Assembly: GCA_965216325.1 (NCBI GenBank) | Contig: OZ244160.1 | Location: 960,001-1,024,000 of the forward strand | Direction of reading: 5' to 3' | DNA: 64,000 bases | Source: Coraliomargarita sp. | GTDB lineage: Bacteria > Verrucomicrobiota > Verrucomicrobiia > Opitutales > Coraliomargaritaceae | Shown: piece by piece, positions 63,298 to 64,000 of the stretch | Position numbering within the stretch: the stretch's first letter is position 1 | Layout: every line of letters begins with the position of its first letter | Position numbers and translations under genes: made by a program | The notes under the pieces: model-generated | What the model was told of the DNA's origin: nothing | The model's database searches: none | What the model saw: only the letters and a program-made list of their open reading frames with translations

Positions 63298-63756
63298 CTA
63301 TTTCAATGGGACCTGCCCTTCTTTCTCGATCAACTTGCCTGATTTCCATACAGACTGAGTGCCAAGCTTCACCCGTAATTTATAATCAACCACATCATCG
63401 GACTCGTTAACTAAATGGGCCAGAAAGCGAGCACTGTTAATGATGTCCGCCGCAGAGTTGACGCGGACGGTTTCGCTGCTGAATCCCTCGATCGCTGGAA
63501 TGTTCCGAGCAATTCCGTTGACCACATCGATGTTTGCCAGTCTAAGCTCATAGTAGAGGCCACTCAGCTGGAGCGGAGTCTCATTTGGATTGGTGATACG
63601 CAGCTGAATGTCGAACTCGAGTGCAGATTCCGCTGAAGCCGCTTGCTGTATGCCAACGAGTTCCACGCTGGGCTCGACTTACTATCTGATGCAGCTGGCA
63701 CATGCGAGTAAAAGCAGGAGAACGATCGATAAGAACAGTGCGGGCGTGAATCCCAT
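63298..63756 (-). pseudogene. LEA type 2 / WHy-domain lipoprotein interrupted by in-frame TAG TAA
   Basis: ATG 63756 gives MGFTPALFLSIVLLLLLACASCIR**VEPSVELVG..., in frame with the LEA_2-like domain (LRITNPN...L.GL.YEL). Stops at 63684..63679. Confidence 0.7.
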
Positions 63757-63778
63757 GGAACTGATTGGTAATTTTTCG

Positions 63779-64000
63779 CTATACCTTAATTTGAGGGCCA
63801 AGGATTTGATCGATCGCGTGGATCAGGAGTTCGGTTGTGACTGGCTTCGCAATAAAGTGTTCACCACCGCTCTCATAAAAGCCCTCGCCAGATTCCCGGC
63901 GTGATACCATGGCAGAAACAAAGATAATCGGAACATGTTGTGTCTTGGGGTGGTTACGAATTTGCGTGGCAACATCACCTCCGTCAGCTTGGGGCATGAC
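63779..64000 (-). CDS. Response regulator receiver protein (partial, runs off window)
   Basis: MP..DG...IR...HVPIIFVSA...FIAKPV receiver motifs. Confidence 0.85.
   Translation of the reverse strand, partial: VMPQADGGDVATQIRNHPKTQHVPIIFVSAMVSRRESGEGFYESGGEHFIAKPVTTELLIHAIDQILGPQIKV

Noticed and set aside
63679..63684. Pyrrolysine or stop-codon readthrough
   Set aside because: TAG is immediately followed by TAA, and TAG/TAA terminate other genes in the window normally.

Overview
A bacterial chromosomal window. It is most consistent with a Verrucomicrobiota (Opitutia, Coraliomargarita/Lentimonas-like) genome; this is inferred from the PEP-CTERM genes, DUF2851, the DUF4032-like gene and the repeat families, not from a database search. 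From about 7 kb onward it is mostly housekeeping: purL, a patatin/CoA-ligase/thiolase/FadJ-like/acyl-CoA dehydrogenase operon divergent from a MarR-RND efflux operon, a nuclease-DinG helicase, nadA, avtA, mtfA, lspA-dksA-ileS, moxR, mrp, tolB, parC, pckG, peptidases, a DtxR regulator and a SNF2 helicase. The first 7 kb is a recombination hotspot. Its most striking feature is two independent ~2-kb integrase-free cassettes, one with two PEP-CTERM genes and one with a stand-alone HipA-like kinase YjjJ. Each is bracketed by a diverged direct duplication of the 3' tail of the host gene upstream (~93% and ~87% identity by hand count, each with a perfect-identity core). Between them an IS4 sits at the exact centre of a palindrome that joins two truncated genes. 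A heptamer-repeat palindromic element family has entered purL in frame twice, and single arms of such arrays sit directly before at least six start codons. Several proteins (DksA, IleRS, Mrp, the DinG helicase) appear to have lost metal-ligand cysteines. No rRNA, tRNA or CRISPR array was found. All alignments and counts were done by eye.
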